NCBI GenBank assembly: GCA_951406725.2
Contig: OX597834.1
Coordinates: 40,982,001 to 41,046,000 of the forward strand
From: Octopus vulgaris
Lineage: Eukaryota
DNA length: 64,000 bases
Reading direction: 5' to 3'
The position numbers and the translations under genes are program-made. The notes below the pieces were generated by a model. It was not told where the DNA came from and did not search any database. It worked only from the letters and a program-made list of their open reading frames with translations. Positions 24,165-37,987 of this stretch are shown one piece after another. The first letter of the stretch is position 1. Each line of letters opens with the position of its first letter.

Positions 24165-24306
24165 GTTTAGGAAGGGCATCCAGCTGTAGAAACACTGCCA
24201 GATCAGACTGGAGCCTGGTGCAGCCTCCTGGCTTCCCAGACCCCAGTCGAACCGTCCAACCCATGCTAGCATGGAAAACGGACGTTAAACGATGATGATG
24301 ATGATG
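24165..24306 (+). mobile_element. RTE 3'-UTR-derived repeat (family C), short
   Basis: AGGAAGGGCATCCAGCTGTAGAAAC through to the (GAT)n tail. Confidence 0.85.
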
Positions 24307-25767
24307 AATGACAGCTGGTACTTAAACCAGAGCATGCAATTATAGAAACCAAAGCCATGAATTAAAACAGGGTAGATATAGCACGTATGTACTCCCTTTC
24401 CAGAATACTTTCATAATAAAAGAAAGATTTATACTAAAACAAGATTTGTTATTTTCTTTTACTTAGATATCTTTGGCATGCATTGCAAATCTTGCACTCA
24501 TGCATATATGATCATCAGGTATAAAAAAAAACAAAAGAGAGAAAAAAAGATGAGAGCCTTCATGTGAAAAATTAAATCCGCCACAGAAACAGCAGGTAAA
24601 CCTCTCCATCAAATCGTGCCCAACCGAGGGAAAACACACTGCATAATGTAGTCTTGAACACACCATGCCTCGATAAAATATGTTGTCTGAAACATCTTCA
24701 ACTGCACTGGAGCACTCTGTTGGTTATGACAACAAGGGTTCCAGCTGATGCAATTAACGGAACAGCTTGCTCGTGAAATTAACGTGCAAGTGGCCGAGCA
24801 CTCCACAGACACGTGTACCCTGAGCATTCCAGACACGTGTACCTCACAAAGCTTAGGGTCACCTGAGGCCATGATAAAGACACCACATAGTGGAACTGAA
24901 CCTGGGACCTCAAAATTGCAAAGTAAACTTCTTAACCATTCAACTATGCCTGTGTCCAAACACACACACACACACACAAATCTCTATCTTTTTACTTGTT
25001 CAAGTCATTGGACTGCGGTCAGGCTGGGGAATTAGTCAAACAAAGCAAACCTAGTAGTTCTTAAGCCTAGTACTTATGCTATTGATTTCTTTTGCGAAAC
25101 CACTAAGGGAATATAAACAAACTAACACTGGTAGTCAAATGATGATGGCAGGATAAACACAAACCCAAAGACAAACACAAACAACAAACTTCTGTGACAA
25201 CTAAGTGGGATTGAACCTAAAACCACTTCGTTGCAAATTGAGTTTCTTAACCGTACACCCATGCCACTATATGAAGTATTTCTATATTCTCATAATGGTA
25301 CATGCTACAAGTGAGTACCAGCTGATAGCTATGGTGGTCGTTTAATTTCCTATCTTCTCAGAAGATTCAAGGCTACTTTCATCCAACCTGAATACCAGAG
25401 AACACAGGAAACAACAGACCCATAGGTTAAATTCTTGTGGAAATAGTGGAAATAGTTGTTGTAATGAAAACTTTAAAAATAGACCATTTATTCCTTGCAT
25501 TTTGCTTCCTTTTAGAAAGTGGAAACAATGGCACAATAGGACCCACTAATTATGACTTAATACAAGCCCTGGCAACGGAACCAGAAAATGGGGATAGGAT
25601 GGAGGACATTGGTGATGGTGATAATTGCTGTTGTTTATATTATTACTATTGTTGTTGTTGTTATTATCTAGGTCATGTTCACCAATGTTTGTACACTTCT
25701 CACAATAAAACTATCCATCAGCTGATAAAACAGCTGAAGCATATATATATATATATATATGTATATA

Positions 25768-25813
<46 letters not shown>

Positions 25814-26315
25814 TATATGGCAATTGGAATTTAACTAATTCATTACAGTGACTATCTATACACAGACACATGTACACGCTCAAGCTAATGCTACAGACTG
25901 AACCATTGAGGCAGTTCTACATGTTTGCTTAAACTGCTGGAAACACCAGCCAAATCTCACTCAACATGCTAACATCTTTTAAAACAAGACATGTTATATA
26001 CATTGTAATACAAGATATCTTAAAAAAAACTGAACAGTCAAAGTTGAAATGCTTTTGATCATGTGTTATTGCCCAGTCAGGGTTTACCTGGGGCTAAACA
26101 ACAACACAGACATTCAATCAAGTTTAAACATGTACAGTGCTAACGGCACTAAGTACGGGTAAGGACTGTGATGCAACATGGTAGTAGGGTATGGATATTG
26201 AATGTGGGAGATTTGTGAATACAGCAGACGATAGACTATATAAAGTATCTATAAGAAGCACAGTACTACAGAATAGTGAAACATGGACAATGAATATGGA
26301 AAATATGTGAAGATA

Positions 26316-26742
26316 GGCGCAGGAGTGGCTGTGTGGTAAGTTGCTTGCTTACCAACCACATGGTTCTGGGTTCAGTCCCACTGCATGGCATCTTGGGCAA
26401 GTGTCTTCTACTAAAGCCTTGGGCCAACCAAAGCCTTGTGAGTGGATTTGGTAGACGGAAACTGAAAGAAGCCCGTCGTATATATGTATATATATATATA
26501 TGTGTGTGTGTGTGCGTGTGCGTGTGTGTTTGTGTGTCTGTGTTTGTCCCCCTAGCATTGCTTGACAACCGATGCTGGTGTGTTTATGTCCCCGTCACTT
26601 AGCGGTTTGGCAAAAGAGACCGATAGAATAAGTACTGGGCTTACAAAAAGAATAAGTCCCGGGGTCGAGTTGCTCGACTAAAGGTGGTGCTCCAGCATGG
26701 CCGCAGTCAAATGACTGAAACAAGTAAAAGAGTAAAAGAGTA
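26316..26742 (+). mobile_element. SINE-B, full-length reference copy (tRNA head plus CORE-like domain; probably one of the known octopus OR-type SINEs)
   Basis: A-box TGGCTGTGTGG, B-box GGTTCAGTCC, MIR/CORE-like CTTGGGCAAGT, central microsatellite, (AAAAGAGT)n tail. The family name is from recollection, not a search. Confidence 0.9.
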
Positions 26743-26995
26743 TATGAGAGAAATGAGGCAAGACATAGGGCAAATGAATCCCTTGGTTGTTGGACTCCTT
26801 TTCACTATATTCCTATTGAAATACACTGTCATTATCATCATCATCATTTAACGTCCATGTTACATGCTAGCATGAATGGCACCACAAGAGCCAGTCAGGC
26901 TGAAGCTGGCACCAGAGACTTCTGTGACTGTTTTTGGCAGGATTTTTACAGCTGGATGCCCTTCCTAACACCAACCACTCAGGAGAGTGTATGTG

Positions 26996-27041
<46 letters not shown>

Positions 27042-27042
<1 letters not shown>

Positions 27043-27185
27043 TAGCAGTATAGCCCAGTGTTGCTCGGGTTTGTTTTCTTTTCGACCCTTTAGAATTGGA
27101 ATTTTTGAAAAGTAAAAATTTTGCATTATGTAGCTTGTTATTCTCTCTAAGTGAACATTTTTCTAGTTGAAATACACGAAAAATG
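27042..27185 (-). mobile_element. 3' end of a non-autonomous Helitron (same family as 48196-48592)
   Basis: Reverse complement matches about 48450-48592, including the hairpin and an intact CTAG next to (TA)n. Confidence 0.8.
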
Positions 27186-27315
27186 CATGGCCACAGTCAC
27201 ATGACTGAAACAAGTAAAAGAGTACCTTGTTTGAAAGATGAAGCTTATGTGAACCAAGAATGTGTCAGAGCTTTAAAGACGCCAGTCAATATATGGGAAG
27301 AGAGAGGTACCCATG

Positions 27316-27507
27316 CCAGTGACACGTTAATAGTACGCAGTACACTATGGAGTGGTTGGCATTAGGAAGGGCATTGAGCCATATGAACCAAGCCAAAACA
27401 CACTCTCTGGTGCAGCTCTCCAGCTTACCAGCAGCTCCAGTCAAACCATCTAACCCATGCCAGCATGAGAAAACGGATGTCAGATGATGATGATGATGAT
27501 GATGATG
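27316..27507 (+). mobile_element. RTE 3'-UTR-derived repeat (family C), diverged
   Basis: GGAGTGGTTGGCATTAGGAAGGGCAT through to (GAT)n. Confidence 0.75.
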
Positions 27508-28489
27508 TGAATAGACAGTGGTGGGTTTGCATGTTGACAGTGAAACATACCAGAGAAAAGCCAAGCAAGACACTGGAAGAAAAGAGGAGATCAGATCTGA
27601 GGCTGTTGAATCTTGCATAGGTGATGACACAGGATCAAGTGATGATGTGCTACACTTCTGGCTCGTAAGATAAACAGATGTTGAAATTAAGATGATGAGT
27701 GCCATACTTACATTCCTATATAAACACAATTTTATTATTTAGCCAATAAAAGAAAGAGAGCAAACAAGTTAGCCTCCATGTTGTTATTGTTCAACCTGCT
27801 AGAAATATCAACCAAATCTCTTTCAAATCACACCCAAAAAATACAGAATGCTCACAGCTGGCTGGACCACATTTGACCACAGGTATGCTCAACCATGGTT
27901 TATTTGTGGCTAAACAACAACCGTGTATTTTAAAAGGTAAGCAGAATGTAAGCTAGAGTTGAAGACAAGCCCATCCACCAATTAAAATTTTATTCCTGCA
28001 AAGTGTTGGCCTATTTGTGTTTAAACTGTGTTACTTAACACTCCAGGATGTCCAACAAAGCTTTCTCCTATGACATCCTGTCCTCGTGTTCATTTGTGCT
28101 TTTATCTGTGCAAAAGATTTAAGACTTATATGTGATGGAAGTTTTAGAGATCAAGTTTACAGAAAGAGATTTCACCAGAGATATCAAGCATTCCATTGGC
28201 TTGATCATGTCCTACAAATTATGATGATTCAGTTGCATTGTATTTTTTTTCTCTTTGTACGAGTGCACAAATACGACAGACAGTTACAATTGAGTATGAT
28301 GTAATGTACAAAAACACTTTTAACATGCTTTAGAGAACAAATACAACAGCAGCATGAGTAGAAGTAGTAGCGGTAATAGCTGTAGCTATAGTAGTTGTTA
28401 GACTACTAAGGCATAAGTGCAACAATTATTAAAGAACCAGACGTGTAAGCTAAACAGAATAGAAAGCAGTTTTCAAAATAAAAAAAAAA

Positions 28490-29015
28490 GGCATGGATAA
28501 TGTACATTGCATGAACAAAATACAGGATGGTCATAGTTGGAACACTTTTTACCATAGATTTACTCAAACAGGACAAAGAGCGAAACAGCAACCACTGCTA
28601 TTTGACCTGCTAGCAATATCAGGTATATCGCATTCAAATCACACCTTGCTATTGTAAAAAAAGGAAAAACATTCTGAAATACAGTCCTGGATACATAGTC
28701 TAAAAATAAGATGGTGTGGTCATAGCTGGATTGCCCTGATCACAAAGCTAATCTGAAGCAAAACAACAAAGAAGGATATTTTGGATAATATGGTTTAAGA
28801 AATACCATCAGAATAAAAGAAAGGATGGATGATCATGATGGGAATGTCTTTGATCATAAGTCTGTTGTATTAGAATTTGCCAAGAGTTAAACAACAAGAG
28901 GAAAGATACTTTGGATACACAATATCTGAATAATAGAAGGAATGGTCACAAGTGGAACCTATTTGAACCTAAGACTCCTGGATCAGAACTAAGCTGTTAT
29001 AAACAGCAACAACAA
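28490..29015 (+). mobile_element. About four head-to-tail degenerate copies of an old short retroposon (SINE-D, (CAA)n tail)
   Basis: Recurrent GGATAAT...GGATGGTCAT...CTTTGATCAT...AAACAAC units. Single copies occur at about 9215-9390, 25900-26105, 27790-27920 and 49740-49925. Confidence 0.55.
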
Positions 29016-29413
29016 TAGCCTCAACAGTGCACTAATGTCTGAATTCACTTGCAGCAATCATCCCACCACTAAACTATTATGGATGGAACCAATGGTTATA
29101 ATGTCCATGGTTCATGCTGGCAAAGACTGGATGGTTTGACACAATTTGGTGGATCCAAGGACAAAATTGCACTCCAATGTCTGCTTTGGCATGGTTTCTA
29201 CAGTTGTTTGCCCTTCCTAATGCCAGCCACTTTACAGTGTGTACTGGATTTCCATGTCATCAGCATTAATAAGTTTTTGCCTTGTAGCTTGCAAGACTGT
29301 GAAACCCTGAAGGGGAAGGAAGACTCGTCTTTATGTTAGGAGATGAGGAGGTTAAAGCATGAAAGGAGGGAGAGCAGGTTCTTGTTATAGAGGAGCTACA
29401 TAGTTACTCACAT

Positions 29414-29650
29414 TTTACCCTAGGGCATTCAAACCAACAATATCTGGCCCAAATATTCTATCTTTTTTTTTTCTTTTTGTTCCAACTGGACAGGTCCAGC
29501 CTCTTACATCTACCCTACATTGTCATTCTATAATTAAATAATCATAGCACTGAAATCTCAAAACTATGAGACAATTTGCAATTAATTCAAAGCAGTGTGA
29601 ATAAATAAACATTACATTTGACAGAATAATTTGAATGCTAAAGGAGATAA
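29414..29650. mobile_element. Decayed piggyBac-like MITE (second family)
   Basis: Degenerate TIRs CCCTAGGGCATTCAAA...TTTGAATGCTAAAGG with TTAA-like flanks. Confidence 0.5.
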
Positions 29651-31133
29651 GAAGAGATGTTGTGAATGATGAGGAGGAACTGCAAAGAGATAAATAGTGG
29701 TGATGAAATGTCCAGGTGGTCCCCTCAAGGCACATAGTGAGTCAAAGTGAATGGGAGCAGAGGAATTAGGGGTGTGGCTGGATAGGGATGAGGGTGTTGC
29801 AAGGGTGTATGGCTAGAGCAAGAGATGGAGAGTATGGGGAAAGGGGCAGGAAGATAAGCAATAACAATAAAAATAATGATAATAATCCAAGATCTTCAGT
29901 ATGTAATTTAATATTAAGCAAAGTAGGTCAGGAGAAATAAAGTACTTAACAACTACCTGCCCAAATTTAGGCAATAAAACCAGTCCACCTAATGAAACCC
30001 TGAAAATATCTTAGCATGATCGTAAATGAACATCTTATATCATAAATGAAGTCTTAAGAAGAGCATCATCACAAAAACTCTCCAAGACAGTAATAAAAAA
30101 TGTGGACAGACAGGTCACACTGTACAGTGGTCAACAAAAAACAGCAACGCAAGATGGACTTCCCCAAAGGGATGAAGAAAACTATAGACCACATTGGTGT
30201 TGAATATTTTCAGGGGAATCTAAAAGAGTGCTTACAGATACTGGGAAAACATAGAAAAACACACGCAACCAATAGCAAACTGTCAGAGGCATTAGAATGT
30301 TGGATGAAATGCTTCACAGTATTTATTTTGGCTCCTTACATTCTGATTTCAAATCCTGATGGCCCCACCAGATCTAACTGGGGAAAAGTCAAAAGTTGAA
30401 CCCCCCCCCCCCCAATCTGAACTCCATTCACTGCTCCAGTATGCAAGACTGTCATCAACCCAACAAATCAGTGTTTACAGGTATCCTTACAGCTCTAGAA
30501 TCCCCCAGAGCACATCCCTGCCCACTGACTCAAACACCTCTGCAGACATTGACATGAGCTGCAAGGAGCCTCTGCTGAAAACCCTGCCGATGTTCAACGA
30601 GTACATGGAGAGCCAGGATCCTGTCAGTAGCTGACATCTTTGGTGTAAACTCTGACTGACCTGGCCACTAAGGGCCAAGCAGATGATTTCATACCCTGTC
30701 TAGAATAACCTTGTCAAAGACCTTACCATGAACTGGGAGGGGTGTAACAGTTATTACAGTTGTGGCAGTCACCTTTACCTTTCCAGAAAAAATCCAAGAC
30801 ACTGAACGAGAGCTGCTGCCTGGTGTGCAAACATGCACAGAGTGGACTGATTAATTAATAAACCTAACTAGATTAACCTAAAGATATAAACTCAAAGCCC
30901 TTAACCAGTGATTAATCACACTTCAATTATGAAGATACAGTGATCCTGATAGTCTAGATCCAATAATGATAATAGTTAATCTGTTCAATACATAAAGACA
31001 TATTTATACTGGCTCAACTTTTAAAATCAAGTCTATCAATCCTCAACTCCTCCAGCATTTGACCAAATCATGCATTTGGCAGTGAACTTACCAATTTAGA
31101 ATATTGGATATATTGGATACATATATGCATGCA

Positions 31134-31181
<48 letters not shown>

Positions 31182-32157
31182 CATACATACACACACACAT
31201 GTATAGCTTTTCAGGATTCTAGCAAATGCTGATAATTATGGTAATACAGTTCAATTACGGAGATATGTTGATGATGATGATGATGCTGTGCTGAAGATGC
31301 AATATTAGCGATGGTAATGATGATGACTGTGGTATTTGTGATAGTGGTCGGGAAGGGTAGTGGTGGTGGTGGTAGGATACCCATAAAGACAAATACGGAG
31401 GACCACGGAGACAAAAGAGACGGAAAGACAGACTCATAAAGGCAGGAGGGAGCAAATCATTCCGAGTGAAATAACACTAGGAAGAAAGGGTGGGGTGGGG
31501 GAAAGACGTTTTAAAGTAATGGATGTTAAGAAGGAAAAAAGAGAAGATCAATAGTTCAAATATCAATGAAGGGGTAAAGAGGAGAGGTAATGGATGGTGA
31601 TGGTAGGGGAAAACATATTAAAGACTGACATATATTCCTAATAAGAATCTTTTATTAACACAAACCCTGCCCTCACACATTCACATTTACATAAGCACAC
31701 GCATGCATACACATACATATTTATATATACATGCATACACATATGCATTTATATATACATGCATACAGACACATATATATACACACACGCACATATACAG
31801 AGCAAGAGAGAAAATTATGAATAGAAAATTGTTATTGCAAGAGGAGAGAAATCAATAAAATGAAGATCAATAAAATGGAATATCCATGTTAAGAAAGGGA
31901 GAAATTGCATAACAGAACACGACTGAAGGGGAAGGAAATTGGATGCAGTGGTGGAGATGAGGGGGAAGCAATTGGGTGGCCAGATAAATAGAGAGACAGA
32001 CAGACAGACAGACAACAATGACCGAATCTATGTCAACTGCTGGGAATTGAACCGTTGATAAAAGAAAGATCAAAAGCTGAGAGTTGATTCTTGTTGTTTA
32101 GCTCAGGTAAACCCTGATACGGCAGACCAATAATTACCAGAGCAGCAGCCATAACTA

Positions 32158-32569
32158 TACTCTTTACTCTTTTACTCGTTTCAGTCATTTGACTGTGGCC
32201 ATGCTGGAGCACCGCCTTTAGTCGAGCAACTCGACCCCGGGACTTATTCTTTTTGTAAGCCCAGTACTTATTCTATCGGTCTCTTTTGCCGAACCGCTAA
32301 GTAACGGGGACATAAACACACCAGCATCGGTTGTCAAGCAATGCTAGGGGGACAAACACAGACACACAAACACACACACATACATATATATATATATACA
32401 TATATACGACAGGCTTCTTTCAATTTCCGTCTACCAAATCCACTCACAAGGCTTTGGTCGACCCGAGGCTATAGTAGAAGACACTTGCCCAAGGTGCCAT
32501 GCAGTGGGACTGAACCCAGAACCATGTGGTTGGTAAACAAGCTACTTACCACACAGCCACTCCTGCGCC
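32158..32569 (-). mobile_element. SINE-B, full length, inserted in a SINE-D copy
   Basis: Reverse complement of the 26316-26742 type; SINE-D halves lie on each side. Confidence 0.9.
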
Positions 32570-32957
32570 TATCTCAGTTTTTTTTTAATGCATCCGGTAT
32601 TGTGCAATGGGCCTTTAATTATTTAAAATGTTTAGCTGGGGAGTGATCTGAGGGAGATTTGACTGCTATTTCTCATAGTTCAAGCAACTGCATAGAGGCT
32701 CTTTCGTTGAAAGTTGATGGCTTTCTACAGACTGATGTATGTCACCTGTCTATTTTTTTTCAGGAATGGGCAGTTGCAGAACAACATATATACAAGGAGA
32801 TCCAAAAGCACCACACCTGAAAGTATGCATAACCTGTTGGTCTTATGTTATCCATAAAAGTGGGGGAAATGGTTTGAGAGGAAAAGAGACAAAGAAAGGT
32901 GAAGTCCGGAATGTTCATGAATTCATGTTTTCATCTTTGTAGAAATGAACAGACACA

Positions 32958-32994
<37 letters not shown>

Positions 32995-33177
32995 CTCACA
33001 CAAGAAAAAAATTAATATTTTTTTCTTTCTTTCTTTCTGACTCTGGTAGTGGAGGTGGTTGTGGTGTTGTTTAGTCTGCAGTTCAACTTTGATTGATCTT
33101 ATGGAGAAGTTTGATTTTTAGCAAAAATGAATAAATACATAGAGTTCCTTGTTTATACACATACATTAGTGTGTATA

Positions 33178-33233
33178 CTGCTTGAATACTGGTTCACCTG
33201 ATTTAAAGGTCAGGTGAACCAGTATTCAAACAG
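33178..33233. repeat. Perfect 20-bp inverted repeat with an 8-nt loop
   Basis: TTGAATACTGGTTCACCTGA (33182-33201) / TCAGGTGAACCAGTATTCAA (33210-33229). Confidence 0.95.
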
Positions 33234-33611
33234 AACTCAGGATGCATGGTGTGTTCTGTGATGAATCATACAAAAACATCAGCAGAGTGTAGCTATCAAT
33301 TATCTTTATTACAGCAGTTTCATATGATCGTTAATGTTGTACGAGATATGGCTGTCATATTGTATCAACATTTAGTTAGTGGCTGGCATTTTCCCAATGC
33401 AAAGATGCAAGATCCACCGATGAAATTCTTAAATATTAAAGTAACACGACTCAGTTATATCAGCAATGTAAAATTTAAAGTTATGAACCAAGATAACTCA
33501 GCTCCCTAAAAATGTCTTATACACACTACCTTTCATGTTGAGTATATTTTCTTCCTGTTTGTAAACCTAAATGATTATCTATACATTCCCATACATACAC
33601 ACACACAGAGA

Positions 33612-33654
<43 letters not shown>

Positions 33655-34147
33655 GACATCCAGAGAGCTGATGGTCACACAATCCACTAAATATATATCT
33701 AGCAAATTTCTGTAAAAATACACCCTCCTGTCTTCAAAAACAAAGAACACCTTTGATCGTAGATCTGTTAGATCACAACCGACCTCTATCTAAACAAATA
33801 AATATTCTATATATATATACAGACACACACACACACACATATATATTCATAAATGTTAATATACATACATATAAGCATATATCATACACATACATACAAA
33901 CATATAAATATGCACACACACACACATATATATATATAATAATATTAATATTATTATACACTATAAGGAATATTTATAGTCCTGAGTAGCAGACAGAATT
34001 ACAGAACAGGAGAGTTTACTGGTGACTAACAATCTGTTGTAAGCACTGTCATTGGATAATGACCAATGTGGTCAGCTGGCCTCTGCAACCAAACAGAGAG
34101 CTGACATGGTATCCGCCTGGATAATATATCTTTACAAACTCACTTTT

Positions 34148-34165
<18 letters not shown>

Positions 34166-34179
<14 letters not shown>

Positions 34180-34352
34180 CAGATGGAGAAGGTAGATAGA
34201 TAGATAGATAGATAGATAGAGAAGGTAGATAGATAGATAGATAGATAGACAGACAGATAGACAGACAGACAGATATAGATAGATAGATAGACAGACAGAC
34301 AGATATAGATAGATAGACAGACAGACAGACAGATAGATAGATAGATAGAGAG
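34166..34352. repeat. (GATA)n/(GACA)n microsatellite
   Basis: Direct reading. Confidence 0.95.
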
Positions 34353-34638
34353 ATAAACATATATACATACATACACACACACACAAAGAAAATAACATGC
34401 AGTACAACAGTTAGCCAGCAGCTGTGTATTGTGAGGCAATGATTTGAAAAAGCGGAAGAGTTACACAGAACTGCAGCCAGCAACAAAACAGAGGCTGAAG
34501 TAGGACCAGGGTCAAGACATAACAAGACAAAAACACCAGAGCAATGTGGTGAGACAAAAAGACCATGGGGAGTTGCAAGATGGGGAATAGTAGGAGTGGG
34601 TGAGACATGGAAACGAAAGAAAAAACCCCATCTAGCAT

Positions 34639-35368
34639 AGGAGCAAGAATGGCTGTGTGGTAAGAACTTTGCTTCCCAACCATGTGGTCCTGGGTTCAGT
34701 CCCACTGCATGGCACTTTGGGCAAGTGTCTTCTACTGTAGCCTGACCAAAGCCTTCTGAGTGGATATGGTAGGTAGACGAAAACTGAAAGAAGCCCATCG
34801 TGTGTGTGTGTGTGTTCCCTACATCCGCTTGATAACCAGTGTTGGTGTGTTTATGTCCCCATAATGGTTCAGTAAAAGAGACCGACAGAATAAGTACTAG
34901 GCTTAAAAAAAAAGAATAAGTATTGAGTTTGATTCACCTGACTACATAGGCGCAGGAGTGGCTGTGTGGTAAGTAGCTTGCTAACCAACCACATGGTTCA
35001 GGGTTCAGTCTCACTGCGTGGCATCTTGGGCAAGTGTCTTCTGCTATAGCCCCAGGCCAACCAATGCCTTGTGAGTGGATTTGGTAGATGGAAACTGAAA
35101 GAAGCCTGTCGTATGTATGTATATATATATATATGCATGCGTGTGTGTGTTTGTGTGTCTGTGTTCGTCCCCCTAGCATTGCTTGACAACCGATGCTGGT
35201 GTGTTTACGTCCCTGTTACTTAGCGGTCCGGCAAAAGAGACCGATAGAATAAGTACTGGGCTTACAAAGAATAAGTTCCGGGGTCGATTTGCTCGACTAA
35301 AGGCGGTGCTCCAGCATGGCCACAGTCAAATGACTGAAACAAGTAACAGAGTAAAAGAGAGAGAGTAA
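34639..35368 (+). mobile_element. Two adjacent SINE-B copies (older 34639-34930, younger 34949-35368)
   Basis: Two heads and bodies in tandem. Confidence 0.85.
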
Positions 35369-36108
35369 GTTCTTCAAGGCAATGCCCCAGCATGGCCACA
35401 GCCTAATGACTATAATGAGTAAAAGATGAAAGCAAAAGATGTGTTCATCATGTATATATATCTATATAAATGAGTGAAAACTGTACACATCATTGACAAA
35501 GCGAATAAAACAGCTGACTTCAAATTTAAAAATATACTCTAATCCACTCGGCGGCCTGCACGGTCACTTGTTACACTTAGAAATTCCGAGTAGAGGCTGG
35601 CTATTTGAAAACCTCTAACAACAAACAATGCTACTGTTTTCATGAATATGGGATAGAAATAAAATTTAGAAAAAAAACACTCAATAGATACTTGAATAAA
35701 GACACTAAATTTCAGTGTTTAGTGTTTTATTGTATTAAATAGCTACTTGGTTGACTGCTAGCAACAATTAATGCTTCATACATACATACAGACAGACAGA
35801 CAACTATACACACACACACACACACCCACAGCCATAAACACTCAAATATACACCCATGCATACCAACCCACAACCAACCGTACATACATGCATTCACATA
35901 CATACCACATCTTCTTTAGTTTTAAAGACTATATTGTCACAAACATATCAGAAACTGCTTTAGGAGGCGTGCCAAAACATATGAGACAAGCACACACATA
36001 TATATATATATACATACACACACACATACAGACACACACACACACATACATATATGCATGTATCTATGATGATGATGATGATGATGATGACACACAAATA
36101 TGCATATA

Positions 36109-36358
36109 CATCATCATCATCGTTTAACGTCCGCTTTCCATGCTAGCATGGGTTGGACGATTTTGACGGAGGACTGGCGAACCAGATGGCTGCACCAGAC
36201 TCCAATCTGATCTGGCAGAGTTTCTACAGCTGGATGCTCTTCCTAACGCCAACCACTTTGAGAGAGTGTAGTGGATGCTTTTTACGTGCCACCAGCACGG
36301 GTACCAGTCAGGCGGTACTGGCAATGACCTCACTCGAATCCTTTTACACATGCCACCA
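36109..36358 (-). mobile_element. RTE 3'-UTR-derived repeat (family C); another copy at 36769-36963
   Basis: Diagnostic motifs and (GAT)n tail. Confidence 0.85.
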
Positions 36359-37349
36359 AGGAGAATTTTTCTGCTAAGACAGTTTCCGCAGTGAAGGTCT
36401 TTCCACATCTGAATGTACACAGACGTGTTAAGTATAATTGTCCACACATATATTTGAATCATCACTGCTGCATGTACCCTTAGCTAATTCCAGCCTGACC
36501 AAGCTTTAGAGATATGTACTATTTTCTGGTTAAATATAAGAACAGCTGTTTCGTAGTGAGCTATGAATGACAGATGCAGTGTCCCATGGCTAATGAAGTG
36601 TAACAACAAAGATATGACTGCAACCTCTGGTCTGATGATGTCACTTATAGCCCTGCACTCTGCTCTCACACACATTGTCTCAAGACAATTTCCACTGTGA
36701 TAGCTTTTTCAGGTATGAATGTACATGCGTATGGTAAATATAATTGTACACACACTCATATATGTGTACATCATCATCATCATCATCGTTTAACGTCCGT
36801 TCTCCATGCTAGCATGGGTTGGACGGTTCGACCGGGGATCTGGGAAGCCAGATGGCTGCACCAGGCTCCGGTCTTATCTGGTAATGTTTCTACAGCTGGA
36901 TGCCCTTCCTAACGCCAACCACTCCATGAGTGTAGTGGGTGCTTTTTACGTGCCACCTGCACTGTGTACATATACACAAATGAACACACGGGCAAGTCAG
37001 CATTCAGGATTCCCTTCACTGCCCATATTTTACCTATCATCAACATGCATTTTGTCAAGAACATCCAATCACAGAGATCTAGTCTTCAAGGGCGCGTGCG
37101 TGCATGCGTGTCACAGTATGCCCATAGAGTCAAAAATCAGAACAGTCTTCTAGATATAAAAGGGTGCATTCATCCAAAACAACAAGAAAACCATCAATAT
37201 ACTTCTTGCATAAAGACTTTGCACTATTTATATAACAGGAAAAATATTACAAAAGTTCATAGATGCAATAGTGCTTTTTACATATGAGTGCATATATATG
37301 CACATATAAATTAATACATGCATGTCTGTGTATACAGCATGTATATATA

Positions 37350-37525
37350 TTGGGTCATCCCATAAATAATGCATTGTTTTTCATACTACTTTTATTTTCA
37401 AAAATTAAAATAAACAAAGTTCTTTTTTAATCTAAAATATACTCTCCTTAATTTTCTACAATGATCTTCCATCTATGTGGTTGACTTGCAAGGCCCCTCT
37501 TCCAAAATTCATTTGTCTGTGATGA
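37350..37525 (-). mobile_element. 3' end of a mariner transposon
   Basis: TA then TIR-like TTGGGTCATCCCATAAATAATGC. Minus strand reads EFWKRGLAS...RWKIIVEN..EYILD*, a mariner C-terminus. Confidence 0.7.
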
Positions 37526-37526
37526 A

Positions 37527-37574
<48 letters not shown>

Positions 37575-37954
37575 GCAGACATGGATTTCGGTAATTGAAT
37601 GATGGTCACACTGAGGCATTACTATGAAGAGTTTAATGAATTAAAATACCCCTAGTATATATATTTTTTTATGTTAAGTACTTGCTGTATCAGTTTCTAT
37701 TATGCCAAACCATCCAGTTACAAGGATGTAAACAGACTTAGACCAATTGCCAAGCGCTATCACATAAAGACAAGATAACAAAGTGAAAATGCAAACATAT
37801 GCATATATACAATCACCTATACATTAACAATATATGAATAGATACACAAGTCATACTTCCACAGTTTCCATTTACCAATTTCATTCACAAGGCAAACAGC
37901 TATATTACAAGACAAAGAACTAGCTGTGACATGGTGTAAACATGAACAAGGGCA

Positions 37955-37987
<33 letters not shown>

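Noticed and set aside
26316-26395. tRNA genes at SINE heads
   Set aside because: A and B boxes are present but there is no cloverleaf, and the heads continue into SINE bodies.
32764-32822. Candidate exon (polypyrimidine-CAG ... GTATGC); similar signal at about 24467-24518
   Set aside because: Weak donors, lengths not multiples of three and no recognisable peptide.
36380-36700. Possible coding exon, or a hammerhead at GAAACAGCTGTT
   Set aside because: No core or stems upstream. The translation looks at best like a heavily decayed LINE ORF2 tail, too weak to call.
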